DNA from: Paraspadella gotoi
Lineage: Eukaryota > Animalia > Chaetognatha
NCBI GenBank assembly: GCA_051294375.1
Contig: CM119263.1
Coordinates: forward strand, 21,622,494 to 21,686,493
Direction of reading: 5' to 3'
DNA length: 64,000 bases
The notes under the pieces were generated by a model, which searched no databases, was not told the DNA's origin, and was given only the letters and a program-made list of their open reading frames with translations. Below are positions 12,600 through 25,769 of the stretch, piece by piece (the first letter of the stretch is position 1; every line of letters starts with the position of its first letter). The position numbers and the translations under genes are program-made.

Positions 12600-13321
12600 T
12601 CTTATTTCTCTTTCGCCCTTGAAAGTTAAAATTCCGTCGTTCCCTTCAAAAGTGTACGACGTCCCTCTGCCAGACAAGAAATTTTAATCGAGAATTTCAT
12701 GCATCAAATGTTTTAAAACGAAAGATAAAAAAATCAGACATTAATTTCGATTCCATCGCTGGAAAACTCGAAGCGATACTTTCTTTTGTCACTTGTTTTG
12801 CATTTAGATGTCGATAGACTTTGCATTTTTACTCTTTTGTCATTTATATATATTATATAAAGAAAAAGCGAATTTTTTTTATTTTTTATTGACATAAAAA
12901 TAAGGAGATGTTTCTGCTGATAACGACAGTAATTTTTTTTTACGGAAAAATAAATAATTTTAACAAACAGTAATGTTCATTTGTACTCATAAAACTAGAC
13001 GCTCCAGTTTTCGCTTACGCAATAATACTCTCTTCTTAAAACGCCAGAATTTCCGATAGTAAGCTGACAGTCGATGTCAACTCTATGAGAAACGAAGCCA
13101 AAAACTTAGCTTTCGTTGAGAGAGAAAAGTATCTCGTTCGACGACGAAGTAAATCACTTTTCCTCGTTCACTCATTCTCACACTCGCGGTGAAAAACAAA
13201 TCTCACACAGAGATAGAGCGCTCTCTCTTTCACAGATTAAAAGGAGAAATGCGTTTCCGATAAAACGTGAGTGTTCTGGTTTATCTCGATAACGAAAATG
13301 TAATTAATGAGGATTTTTTTT

Positions 13322-13509
13322 TAACGTTTATACTAGGAAAAAACAGTTTTGTTTGACAACGAGCCTTCATCAGTGCTGATGAAGGCTCTAAGTGAAAGAG
13401 CCGAAACATGTCTGACTAAACTGTCAAATAAATCGTTGTCAAACAAAACTGTTTTTTCCTAATACCTCAAAAAACAACGAAAAGAGAGTATATACATAAC
13501 GTTTATACT
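13322..13509 (+). mobile_element. Penelope-like retroelement terminal fragment (inverted pLTR) with hammerhead core
   Basis: 13-bp direct repeat taacgtttatact (13322, 13497), 29-bp inverted arms (13334-13362 / 13433-13461), CTGATGA...GAAAC core. Confidence 0.7.
13371..13417 (+). ncRNA. Minimal type I hammerhead ribozyme motif (stem I probably damaged)
   Basis: CUGAUGA-A-GGCUC(loop)GAGCC-GAAA-CAUGU-C; palindromic ACAUGU stem III; GUC cleavage triplet ending at 13412. Confidence 0.65.
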
Positions 13510-13599
13510 GAAAAATATTAGTGACATTCTTATAACTGCGAAGGTTTCTATCATAAGGAGTAAAAAAAATAAATAAGAAAAGAATATAATAGAAAGTTG

Positions 13600-13880
13600 T
13601 GGATAAGGCGCTAAGTGGGCTGAAGATGACTATCCGTAACTTCTATAACCGCCTCTAGCAGCCATGGAACAGGTTCTGGGCTTGGAACCAGACTTGCGGG
13701 TTTGCCACATCCCCAAGGCGGCTGACGCTTCCCGCAGGGTAGGTACCGGGTTGGGATTGAACCCGGTAGTGGTCATGAGCTGATGGCTTTACTCAATGAG
13801 CCACCAGCTCACAACTGAAAGTGTCATGCTTATAGGCGGGGTGAACCTAGTCAATGCCCGACTACAAAGTAAAGTAAAGA
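13600..13880 (-). mobile_element. tRNA-derived SINE-like repeat
   Basis: Minus-strand A-box-like TGGCTCATTGA and B-box GGGTTCAATCCC; shares blocks (ggtcatgagc, acaactgaa, gggtgaac, aatgcccgact) with 5330-5430. Confidence 0.5.
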
Positions 13881-14054
13881 GCGGAAGGAAAACCTCCAAA
13901 AACATCAAAAAAGTTAAAAATATCTTATTGAAGAGACATCGCATGCACAGGAAATAATAATTTAAGCAAATCGTAGTGGGATTTACAAGTACATTTTTAT
14001 TATTTTTTTGCCATATTTGATTATTCTGAGAATCATTCCCTCTTCCTTCCTCCT

Positions 14055-14145
<91 letters not shown>

Positions 14146-14300
14146 CCTCACTTTTTCTGTAACAACTTACTTTGGACTGCCTTGAAAAAATGATTCGTCC
14201 GTACGATTCGAAATATTGTCAAAAAAATAATAAATGTAAATTGTAAATCCCACTATGAATTGCTTGATATTAAAAATACCTTTAAAAAAATCGAACTTAC

Positions 14301-14420
14301 CTACGACGGAAATGAGTCCACCCAAGACGCAGATGGGGCGTGGCCCGTGGCGTATCGTCAGCGTCGTAACCAGCGGCGCCAAAAACCAACCGAACGCCCA
14401 CGACACCGAGATGGCCCACA
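14301..14420 (-). CDS. MCT/SLC16-family transporter exon, TM2-TM3 (WAISVSWAFGWFLAPLVTTLTIRHGPRPICVLGGLISVV)
   Basis: MFS motif-A-like loop (RHGPR); CACAG/GTAAG splice sites, phase 1-1, 120 nt. Confidence 0.92.
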
Positions 14421-15624
14421 CTGTGGATAAGTGGGGTAAAGGATGGTGAGAATTGAAAAGACATATGAATGGGTAAGGAACAGTGAGAGAATAAGGGAAA
14501 AATCGCGTGAATTTTGATAACCCGGATTTCCTGGTGAATCTTGGAGGCAAAGGATAGAAGGAAAAATTAAGGATAAACAAAGGAAAAACAAAGGATAACG
14601 TAGAAATACATAGAAATGCAAATAAGGAAAGAAATGAAGGAAAGAAAAATAGAAAAAGAAAAACGTAAAAGAATTACGAAAGGAAAGGAGAAGAATGAAG
14701 GAAAAAAGAAAAGAAAGGAAGAAAAAAGATAAGAAAGACGAGAGGAAAGGAGAAGAGAGAAAAAAAGAAGGAAAGAAGGAAAAAGAAAAGAGGAAATAAG
14801 GGAAGAAATGCTGGGAAATAGCGGTTGTGGAAAAGCAATAAAGGCGGTTAAAGTCAAGGAGCGCGAGGGAAAAGTCAGTGAGAAGGAGCTAATTTCGTCC
14901 AGAAGAGATTTTCTTTGGGGAGAAAGAGCGAACCAGGGAAACTCCGACTTATGTTTGAATGTTGTTTTTTCTTTTTAGTTTCATACATGTATATGAATTG
15001 ATAATATAACAAGGAGAAATTTAAAAACGTATCTCTGCTTTTAGTTTTAGTAAACTCGATCTCTCTGTCAACACTTTCATTTTGCGAAGTAGAGAAACAA
15101 TTTTTTTTCAATTAAGAGGTCAAAAATGAGAAAGAGAGATGAGAGAGAGACGATGAGAGAAGAGAGAGAGAGAGATGAGAGAGATGAGAGATGAGAAAGT
15201 AGATGTAGAGAGGTAGAGGATGATGATGAGAGAAATAATACGATGAGTGACTTAATTATATGATGTCTTTCATAGCAAAAAAAGGAGTCTAAGAGGAAAA
15301 ATAAGTTAATAACAATTAACGAACAGGTTAAAAAGAAAATCAAATAAAACGCGTAAAAAATTGAGGATAAAAAAGGAACATGGGGGAAAAGAGAAAGGGA
15401 AAAAGTAAGGAAAAAAAAGTTAGAAAAAAAGAAAGAAAGCCACAAAGCCGTCGACATTTTCTAAACGATCGGAGAACTTGCAAAAAAAAAACGTCTTGGG
15501 TGGGAGGTGACGACTTAGAAGGGCAGTTAAAAATCGACAAGTGGGCGGTCATGTCTGCCGATTGGTCAGTCAACTTCGACGGGAGACTTAAAAAAGAGCA
15601 CCAAGTCTCGAAATGTATTGAGTG

Positions 15625-15786
15625 AAAAAGACAGACAGACAGACAGACAGCCGGAGGACGTGAAGGGACATCATTTTTTTGCATAATTTATCATAATTCG
15701 ATGTTCTGACATGATATAAGTGAATCCCGACAAGGCAAAGAATTATAGAGTCGGGAATCTGCTGATAAGCAGATCCGACTAAAAAG
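15625..15786 (-). mobile_element. DINE-1/HINE-like (Helentron-associated) non-autonomous element
   Basis: Reverse complement of 32714-32870: terminal T-run, hairpin agtcggatctgctt/aagcagat-cccgact, (GTCY)n microsatellite. Confidence 0.6.
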
Positions 15787-16093
15787 TTAAAATTTTCTCG
15801 AAAGGATGCTGACAATTCAGCTCGTTTTAAAGAAGAATTCATGGCTTGTCGCTATTGAATATAAACTTTCGCGGTTGAATAAACTGGGATGAATAAACAA
15901 GACTGTGAGAAGTCATTGATTAAAAGATTGCAGGACCTGCTATGTCATTATATTGTAAGAGTGATGGATGCCTTAAAAGTTTAAGTTAAGATAAGTTAAA
16001 CCACAATGCCTGTCCAAAATCAAGGGCAGATAGCGTAATTCATTATACAAAAGGATATTTTATATTGGTTGTACCAATTTCATAAACATAATA

Positions 16094-16695
16094 TACTATC
16101 TAGGAAAAGTATATGACATAATTCATTTATTCAATAAAAAGTAATAAAAACATGCGGTAAAACATCATGATGACATTCTCAATATTTAGTATACCCTTCC
16201 TTTGGCATCAACTTCTGCCTGCCTTTGTCTGGGTATGCTCTTATACAGCAAATTTAAGGTATAACAGTTGAAATTTTTTTCGACATTCTTTAACACAATT
16301 CTGGGCAGCCCTGATATTAATGTTGCGCATTTTCCCCTCCTTTCTGAGAGCTATAATAATATTTTTTTTGAACCAGAAAGAGGTGCAAGGCCTTTAGCAT
16401 TGCCAAATTTAAAAAAAAGTTTAAAAAAATAACTAACTCTATTTAAAATAAAACAAATAAATAAATATCAAAAATGGTAGAAAATTAAATCTCATTTTTT
16501 TCGCCATTTTTCATTTTAAGTAACAATATTTTTTTGCCTGTAACTTCTAAACAATTTGACCTACAAAAAAATAAAAGGAAGCTACTGAAAAAAAATTCAA
16601 TATAGATTCCGAAACGTTCAGATTTTTTTTAAATTAAATAAGTTTTCGAGTAGATATCTTTTATTAAAAATGTCATATACTTTTTTCCTAGATAG

Positions 16696-16697
<2 letters not shown>
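16094..16697 (-). mobile_element. Internally deleted Tc1/mariner element
   Basis: TA-flanked TIRs tactatctaggaaaa...gtatatgaca; minus-strand remnant LYKSIPRQRQAEVDAKG / GYTKY resembles the Tc1 transposase C-terminus. Confidence 0.75.
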
Positions 16698-16726
<29 letters not shown>

Positions 16727-17933
16727 AAATAAAAATAATATAATTGACGAGAAAAAAAACAAATTTAGGTCGAGGAAGCACGATGGAATTTACCACCATA
16801 TCTCTTTCTACCTTCCATTCAATCCTCGCGCCCATTTCCCTTCACCGCAGTCCTACGTACTCGAGCGCGTCTTCAAACGTGAAAATGCCTCAACTTCACA
16901 TCGCAACCAAAACTGAAAACGGTTTTGCGGCGTGGACGGAATGCACGTGGCGGGGGCGTGGTACGTGCGTGACGATAGGGACCCAAAATTGAGGGAATAG
17001 AAAAAAACAACTCAAGTGTGGCCCAAAAAATAAAAAAATGCAAGGAGAGTATTCGAATGGTTAAGTTTTCTAAGAAAACTGATTGGTCCTAGTTGTTTCG
17101 TGCATAAATTTATAATTAATTTATTGTGTTTAGCCTCATTTTCATTGGTCGTTATTCGTAGTATATGCCATTCAAACCTAATTCAAAAAACTTCCAAGTA
17201 TCAACGTCGGTCTAAAGTCTCTCACGTTTTACCCATAAACACTTCCTTCGCCGCGAGTGACGGGTCAATAGCTCTTCTCTTAACTGCAATCGGTCTCACC
17301 ACACAAATTTCTCCCTTTTTCCTTATTTTCCTTCGTTGTCCTTCAGTCGCTTCTCTTTGCCCCCCCCCTTTCGCTTGCCCCTCTTCGCTTCCCTCATTTG
17401 AAATTGACCACCGTTTTTCTCAATTAATTCTCATCAATGTCTAAAATGTCGTCTTGTAAATTCGAGTTTCGCGAAAAACAATTTATATCCCAAGGATGCA
17501 GCAAATTTAGTGTTTAGTATTTTTTTATTGTAAATGTAATTGTAAAATTTAACTGTTTACAACCAATCAGTTGATATTAAATATTTGTAAAGACTTGCAT
17601 GGCAACTGTTTCTTATTTAAATTGCTTTTATCAATATCTCTCTTGTTTCTTACCACACTGTTCGTTTTATTTCCATCTCACTGCATCTCTCTCCATCTCT
17701 CAACATCTCTCTTCGTCTAACTCCATCACTCTCTTTCCATCTCTCTTCTTCGAACTAAACGGTCCGCCACTTTTTGAACTCCCAGTCATGGGCGACCCCT
17801 TGGCTCCCGTTTCCAACGAAATTACTCGTTCCTGGGTGTTCAAACTTTTTTCAACGGGACCCGCGCAGCCGGTAGCGCCCGCGGACGAGTCTCTCTCTTC
17901 TCCTCTCCTCTCCTCTCTCGTCTCTCTCTTCTC

Positions 17934-17969
<36 letters not shown>

Positions 17970-18260
17970 CTTTTGGTTATTTGCGCACCCTTCTCTCTTT
18001 TTCTTTCTTCTCTTTTCTTGTCTCAGGTTCATTTACTTTTTTTATTTCCCTTTTGTTTGTTAAGTCCCACTTTGTTTTACGAGACTCATTTTTTTCTCAA
18101 TTTTTCATATCGTTCCTATTTTCTCTAGTGAAGTATTTTTATTTATTTTTATTTTCTTTCTATTCAATAAAGGATGTTTGTCTATATCTTCTCTTTCTTC
18201 CCCTCCTCTTTATTTGTGCCTCTTCTGCCCGATTCCCATTGCCATTCTCTCTCTCACTCT

Positions 18261-18303
<43 letters not shown>

Positions 18304-18505
18304 CTCTCTCATTCCTGCTTCATACCCTTACTTACTCTTCCCCATTTTTCACTTGAATAAAATCTTTGTTTTCTTCTCTCTCCTTTCTTTTTATTCTTCC
18401 ACTGCCGATTTTTCCTCTCCCTCTCCCTTACCTGACTCCATTTCCTACCCTTCACCACATTCACCACATCCCCCGCTCCTCACCACCGCTTCCCCTTTCA
18501 CTTAC

Positions 18506-19418
18506 CCACGACGCTGTCCTTGGTTTTGAAATGCTGCGTCATCAGATAAAAGAGAACTCCGTTGGAGAGAAGGAGCCCGCAAGAGAGGGCGTTGGACAAC
18601 AGCGTCACGAAGCAGACGAACCAGCCCCACCCACCCTCCAGCGGATGGTAAGTGGGCGGCTGCAGCAAATGCGCGGCGCTGGCGGCGACGGACGGAGTCG
18701 TGGCTGCCGTCAGAGGCTCCACAGGTTGCGGCGTCGTCGTCGTCGTCGCCGTCACGGTCGTCGTCGGGGCCGTTGTCGGCGTCGTCAGCGGACGAAAGTT
18801 GATGGCGGCGAGATTGTTTGGATCTGGTCGAGAGCGGCGCGGAGAGGCGACGGCGGCCGCGATGGTTGAGGCTGCTGCGTAACAGGGCGACGCCGCGTCC
18901 GGCGGGAGCGGTTGAAGGTGCTGAAGGAACAGCTGCTGCCGTTGTCTCTCGTAAGAGTGAGTTCGCGGCGAAGTGAAGGCGTATATCGTCGTCGTCGTCG
19001 TCCCTGTCGTCGTCGCTGACGGCGCCGGCGGGCTGGCGTCGGTGCCTCCGTTGCGTCGTCGGCGCGCGACGAGAGCATCGAGGGGTGTAAGGGGCGGGGG
19101 TGGGAGCCGCGCTGGCTGTTGAGGAGAGCCCTCTGGGCGTCGTCTTCCCTTTTCCGAGTCCGCTTCCGGAAGGAGTCGCTCCTCGACGGCGGCGACAGGG
19201 GCCGACGACCCCGACGCCGCTGTGTCTCGTCGCAGCATATCTTCTGTGCCTTCGAAACCGCCGACGCTGCCGACCCGAAAGACGGCGTCGACGTCCCTGG
19301 ACGCGCTATCTCCCAACGGCTCGTCCGCTTCCGAAGCCGGAATCCAGAAGGAAGAGGACGAGAAGTCGCAAACACCATATCCCTCGCAGAAGGAACGTGC
19401 GCGCTGCAGGTGGCGATG
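18506..19418 (-). CDS. MCT/SLC16-family transporter, exon with low-complexity tail and TM1 (PLEGGWGWFVCFVTLLSNALSCG)
   Basis: The [DE]GG[WY]GW motif preceding TM1 is the SLC16 signature; TTCAG acceptor, G|GTAAG donor in phase 1. Confidence 0.92.
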
Positions 19419-19915
19419 CTGAAGGGGAGAAATGATGTTCATTTGTTTGTGATAACTACCATATAAACAACACTAACAGTCAGCCTATTTAATTAGGATC
19501 CCAGGATGGAGTACAATAATAGTAAATAATAATAATTATACTAAATGGAGGGACCCTTTTCGAATAATTAAAAGAGTTGAGATGAAAGTCTGGAAGTTAA
19601 TAAAGTTAGTTAAGAGTTAATAGAGTTAATAACTTAATAGACAAAATTGTGCGAGAATCTTGATTGAAAGCTTGCGGGGTCTTACTAGTTACTATGTTTT
19701 TATCTTGTAATAGGGAAGGAGACTACCATAGACTTTTTATTTATATTCATATTTATATTTCATAGATAATTTTATGAAAATTGCAAAATTACTTGTTTCA
19801 CTATCTGTAGTTTTTTTAGATTTAGCATTCATGGATTTTTATATAATAGGATATAAATACATTTATATTAGTTGTACCAATTTCATAATCATCAACAATA
19901 ACATGAAAACCTCAC

Positions 19916-20283
19916 CTCTTCTTCCTCGAATTCTTCCTCGTCGTCGTCGTCCAACGTCACGTGACTGCGAAGCCTGAAGCTGCTGCTGCGGGGGAGGAGC
20001 GCCTTTCGCTCACCGCAGCCACTGCAGCCGCCGCAGCGCGGGTGGGGTTCCCCGCTCCGCAGCAGCGGCGAGTCCGACGGCGAGGGGACGCGATGAGACG
20101 GGTGGCGAAAGTCCGGACGTCGGTGGCGGCGATGCCAGGTTTGTGGGTGTAGGTTGGAGTGGCGATGAGGGAGGTGGTAGCGAAATGGGTGGTCGGAGTG
20201 GCGGACCAGGTCGCACAAGTGGGTGGCGGAGGGGCGGTCCTCGGCAAAGGAGAAAAAGCGAAGGTCGCGGGCCGAGCGAAAAT
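19916..20283 (-). CDS. MCT/SLC16-family transporter, N-terminal tail exon (DFRSARDLRFFSF...DDDDEEEFEEEE)
   Basis: GC-rich open frame (ORF 19892-20299); CACCAG acceptor, GAG|GTGAG donor in phase 0 joins in frame to the 19418 exon. Confidence 0.7.
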
Positions 20284-21647
20284 CTGGTGGGGGTGTCATC
20301 AGAAATAATTCAATGAAGAGAAAGAGGCATTAATCAAGTTAAATACGAATTAAAAGAAAATTAAAAATTGAAGAGGGAAAAAACTGAGTTATAGTTTTAC
20401 ATAAAATCATAATAAATTTAAAACTAAAAAAATATCTTTTCGTAATCAATAGTTGGAAAACTTAAAAGACCCTGAAGTCTCTCTGATTCGCGAAGACGAA
20501 ACTGAAAAAGAAAATTTTTTTTCTAAGCGAAAATTTAGTTTGTTTTGTCGATGGAAAGGATAAAAGCCTCACTGACTGAGGGGAATGAGTGGACCGGGGG
20601 GGAGAGATAAGTCGAGTGATAAGTGATTTTAAAAGTAGTGTGAAAAAGCCATGGGAAAACTGGGACTGGAGAGTGAAAGAGGGAAGGGGGTTAAGACGCC
20701 AACCTTAAAAGTCTAAATCAGGAAATGAAAGAGAGAGAGAGGGAGAGAGAGAGAGAGATCCCTGCACTGTGAGAATAAAGAGAGCGAATGAACCAAGAAA
20801 GAGAAAAAGAGAAAATCTAGAGGAAAAATGAGCACGCGGGTGGACGTGATATGAAGTATGAGCGTCGAGTCTTTCCCACATCCCCGTCGCCATTTCATTA
20901 TTTTTTTCCCTCGAAGGGAAAAATAAAAGAGGAAAATCTCTTTTTATTTTCTCTTTTATTCTGTCATCTCTTTCGTCGTTTATTATCATTGCCCGCGTTC
21001 GCCTTTTGACAAACGACCTTTAAAAACTGTTCCGACTTTATAGTTCGGACGGAATCGACGGCGGGCGCGAGTTTGAAATTAGTTTTTTATTTTTATGAGA
21101 TCGCTCGGAATGTTTTGTTACGATATTGCTAGGATAAATTTAGACAATTGAAAAAAAAATAGTAAGAAAATCGTTCTAAGACTGAAACGCAGACAACCTT
21201 TAAAAAACGTGGGAAAAAAGAAGAAGGAAAGTAAAGAAAAGAAGAAAAAACATGAAAACGTTTAGCGAGAAAAAAAGTGAGGAGAGACGGACGGTGAATT
21301 TTAAAAGTCCTAATGGCGAAGATCACGACCGATGATCCATCTTCTTTCCCGTAACAACTTCCTTCCGCTTTTTTTCTTTTTCTTTTCTTTCTTTTTTTTC
21401 AGTCTTTCTCTAACGCGTTTCTTTTTTTTCTCTCTTTTCTCTCTTTCTTTCGGTCTTTCTTTTTTCTCTTACTTTCTTTTTTTTCTCTTTTACTTTCTTC
21501 TTTTTCTCTCTTTCCTATGTATCGTTCTTTTTATTTTTTTTTAAGAAAAAAAAAGTACAGTATTTTAGTATAATGCTGTTTTAATCTCTTTCTTTTTTTG
21601 GCTCGTTTTTCTTTTTTTCTCTCCCTTTTTTTCTCCCACAATCAAAC

Positions 21648-21726
21648 CTTGTTCATTTGTCAACTGATGTCGATAGTTTCCGTCGAATCTCGTTTCGTTG
21701 AAGGTGGCGCCTCTGCTGGTTGTCAT
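21648..21726 (-). CDS. MCT/SLC16-family transporter, candidate first coding exon (MTTSRGATFNETRFDGNYRHQLTNEQ); whole exon 21648-21857
   Basis: gccATG at 21726 with upstream in-frame stop; AAG|GTTTGA donor in phase 1, matching the next exon; polypyrimidine tract plus TAG acceptor at 21858-21860. No homology support, so the ATG at 20299 is an alternative start. Confidence 0.45.
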
Positions 21727-22608
21727 GGCAACGCGCCGTCGACGTCGACGCGGTTGGGGGAACCGGAAGTGACGCCAACGACGGCGTCAAGGGACGCCGC
21801 GAACGTCATGGCGCTTCATTAGTAGGAGACGTCGGCGAGGCGTGCTTTGGGCCACATCTAGCGAGGAAAAGAAATAAATGAGACACAAATGATTAATTAA
21901 AATAATAAAAATGTGACTATAACATATGTAGTAATAATTCGAAAAATAAAAGAAAATAATATTCTGAAAGCAAATGGTGTGACCCCAGATTGTTTGAAAG
22001 AGGGAAAGAAAGAAAGAAAGAAAGAAAGGAAAGAAAGGAAGACGAAGAAACTATAAAGAAAGAATTATGCAATGAACGTTACGCCAGTGAACTTCTCCCA
22101 GAAGGAGAAAAAAAAAAGACGCAAAAAAGGCGAAAACAAATTGGGCGATAAAATTTGGAAGAAAAACCGATTGGATTTTTAGATCCGCGGAAGAATTTCT
22201 TTCGTCGTCAGAAAAAAAGAGGCGCCGCCTTTCGACGTCTAAATGGGGAAAAGAAAACGTCGCCGGGAATTGCGATCGGCATCGGCACCGGGAGAGATTG
22301 ACGTCCGGGAAACGTAGACATTCAGCGCCGGAAAGAGAGATGTTACGCAGCGGATAAGGTTGAAGTTTCGCATGTTGGTGGCCTTCGGGGAAAGTTTAGG
22401 ACAGAGGTTTAACTAGTTGATAGACAAAAAGATGTGTGTATCCTTCCTCTCTCTATCAGCAAGAAATTAAGCGGGTTATTCAAGTCAATGTGGATTGCGG
22501 ATGTTTTGATGTCACCAAGAGATCGATTTTCTTGCGTCGGAAATTCGGTCGCCACCGAAGCCAGCGTCCTTCCGATCCTCGTGTATAAACATTTAAGGCT
22601 CAAATCAC

Positions 22609-22890
22609 GAAGATAAACAAAAGATAAACAAAAAGATAAACAAAGAGATAAACGAAAAGATAAACAAAATGATGAACAAAAAGATAAACAAAAAGATAAA
22701 TAAATATACAAACAAAAATATAAACAAATATATATAAACAAAAGACAAACAAAAAGAGGAACAAAAGATAAACAAAAAGAGGAACAAAAGATAAACAAAA
22801 ATATAAACAAAAGATAAACAAAAAGATAAACGAAAAAATAAACAAAAGATAGACAAAAAGATGAACAAAAAAGATAAACAAAAAGATACA
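22609..22890 (+). repeat. A-rich minisatellite, ~11-12-bp unit aaagataaacaa
   Basis: Directly visible tandem units. Confidence 0.85.
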
Positions 22891-23468
22891 CAAAACGACT
22901 CGGTTCAGCTTCGCGTAAACAAAGTCGATGTCACGTGAATCAGAGTTTATCTTTTTTTTTTTTTTGGCAGAAGTTGACGTAAATTTATAACTATTCCGTT
23001 TGTCAAAAAGGAACATGTTCAGAAATATATTTCATTAATTGCGAAATCTCGCAGAACGTGCTTCAATGTGAGAAACGTGTTCGTGACTCAACCAACCTCT
23101 CGAACTTTTTCCCCTCTTTTCAGTCGGTCTGTTGGTCGGTGGGTCCGTTAAAAATACATATAATTTGCCTATGGTTTGTTGCTCATTTGTCAAGACAGAA
23201 AAAACTCAAATCTAAGGGACTGCTAGCGCTGGCTTCAGGAATTCCTAAAACTACCTAAAAGGAATGAAAGATGAAATTTTGATGCAGTGCATGTCATAAA
23301 TACACGGACAAAGAAAGTTTGCTAGTCTTGTTATGTCTTATGTGATATGTCATATATGAACAAATATAAAGTCACCGCGGCGCAACACATTGGATTTACC
23401 CTTCTAGTTTTTCGCTTTTTGTGAAGAAAGGAAATAAAAAGAAAACATGAACGATAATGTATGCATTA

Positions 23469-23504
<36 letters not shown>

Positions 23505-23644
23505 NNNNNNNNNNNNNNNNNNNNNNNNNTATCTTTCACAAATTATTTCAGGCCGGCGCCATAAAAACGATGTCGACCTCTAAACGATTTTTTTCCTGTG
23601 TATAAAGACGCGGCGGGAAAGAATCCTCCCTCCTTTCTCTCTTC

Positions 23645-23721
<77 letters not shown>

Positions 23722-23724
<3 letters not shown>

Positions 23725-24649
23725 GGAAGGAGAGTTGTGTCGAACTTTGAAGGGAGAAACAAGGCTCAGTCGAATGAAAGAAGGGCACGCACCTTGAAGG
23801 TCATTTAACGTGAAAGTTGATCGGCCACTTTGAAAGAAGAGCACCCATCAAAAAATTGATTTCGAATTACGGAAATATTTTTTAAGAAAGATATCTGAGG
23901 GAAAAAGTGGCCTGTCAAAATATTCGCTGAGGTGCTAAATTTAAACCTTTGCTCATAGCGTAGGTTTGGTTTCTTTATTCACCAATCACCATATATATGC
24001 ATTTTAATATTCTATATCTTCGTTAAGTTATAAAGATAAGGACGAATCCGTCACATTTATGGTTACGAAAAATTCTTGCCCCATGCAATGCCCTCAGGAA
24101 CAAGGGGCGTGTTCAGAGCGATGTGGAGGCGGTGCTTTCCTACGTAAAACGTAATGACGTTGCTTAGGCTCTCAATGCAGCATCGCTTTTGTATTGTAGA
24201 ACAAGTGATTCATATTTTCGCTTTAAATGATCCCGATTGCGGCCCGACCAACTCTTAGATTATGAACCATCTAATCTATATCTGACTAGTAAATTTGAAA
24301 TTAAAAAAAAAACTTGACAGAACCTAAACCCCATAACATAAGACCCCGAAAGACAACAAAAACATAAGGAAACAACCCACTCTCAAACTTCGGAAGACTT
24401 TAGGGCAACAACCCTCTTGACCCCCAAAGCAACAGATATCCCGCAGGTTCCTTTTACGATCAGCAAACGAACCTCGAATGGAGAAAACAAACAGACCCGA
24501 GACGAACTCCAAACGGACCGCGAACGGACCCAGAATTGAACCCCAAAACTGATTACAGTCTGATCAGCAATAGAACCGGGTTGGAACGAAGGAACGACGG
24601 AGGAAACATTAATCCTTTTCGCTTTCGATTTCTCTTTCCGCTCCAAATC

Positions 24650-24733
<84 letters not shown>

Positions 24734-25733
24734 AGAGAGAGAAGAGAGAGAGAGACGCGGTATTTAATTCTCCGGTCGACCGATTCCCTTAATCGTCGGA
24801 TCCACATTTGTGTCCACAATTCGCCCTTCAACCCACACATCTCCTTCAATCATTCCCACACCTCGTTCCAACTCGGCGCCATCATTATTCATTTTCAACC
24901 GCATCTTCAATTTTCCTTCTCAACTTTTATCCAACGTATTTTTCACTCCATTTCCGTTTCTCAAACCGGCTCGTCCGCCTCTGCTGCTTCAACATCAACA
25001 GCCCCATCAACTTTAACCATCATCCTCCCCGTCTACGACCGTAGAATCCGGCGTCTTTTAAAGCCGGCCTCATTTTGTGGGCGGCGCGATTGCGATCGGC
25101 GCCAGAGAGCTCGGCGTTGTTCCGTAGGCGTCGCTGCTTGAAAGCGGCGTCGTTTTTTTCCCTTCTTCGAGCCGGAGTAGGAGGAAGAGGAGGGGAAGGA
25201 AGAATAAGAGGAGTAGAGGGGGAGTCAGTGACGAAGCGGCACTATTTACCGACGCGCCCTATTTCTGTTATTAATCGATAATCCCTCAACATAATATTCG
25301 TCTCACCCTAATCCCTATCCTTACATCCCTTGAAGGAAACAGAGTACAAGAGTGGGTAGGTTAAAGAGGATACCTCCGAGTTATTCTAGGACTTGAAGGT
25401 GATTAAAGCAAAATCCCCATCATAACGAGATTCAGAATTTCGCGATTCTCTTATTCAATACACGAAGGAAAAACCAAATACGTGCGGAATCAAAAGGGAA
25501 TCAAGGTCGCCTTTGGCACCATTTGACAGAGATATAAGCGAAAAAGAACAATCTTGCAAAATGTCATCAAAATCTCGACATTCTGACAACATCTAAGTTG
25601 CTCATTGAGTCCAGATTGGTTTTTCGTTTTCTAGGGAGGCGATTTAAACACAGGATATCTCTGTTTTGTTTTTCTTCTGTCTCTCTCTCTCTCTCTCTCT
25701 CTCCGTCTCCTCTCCTCTTCTCTCTCTCTCGTC

Positions 25734-25769
<36 letters not shown>

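Noticed and set aside
13745-13810. Functional tRNA gene (also ~63630-63700)
   Set aside because: Pol III box-like motifs are present but I cannot fold a convincing cloverleaf; more likely SINE heads
24536-25141. 201-aa ORF in the triplicated unit
   Set aside because: Frame not conserved between copies, spans a microsatellite, no motif
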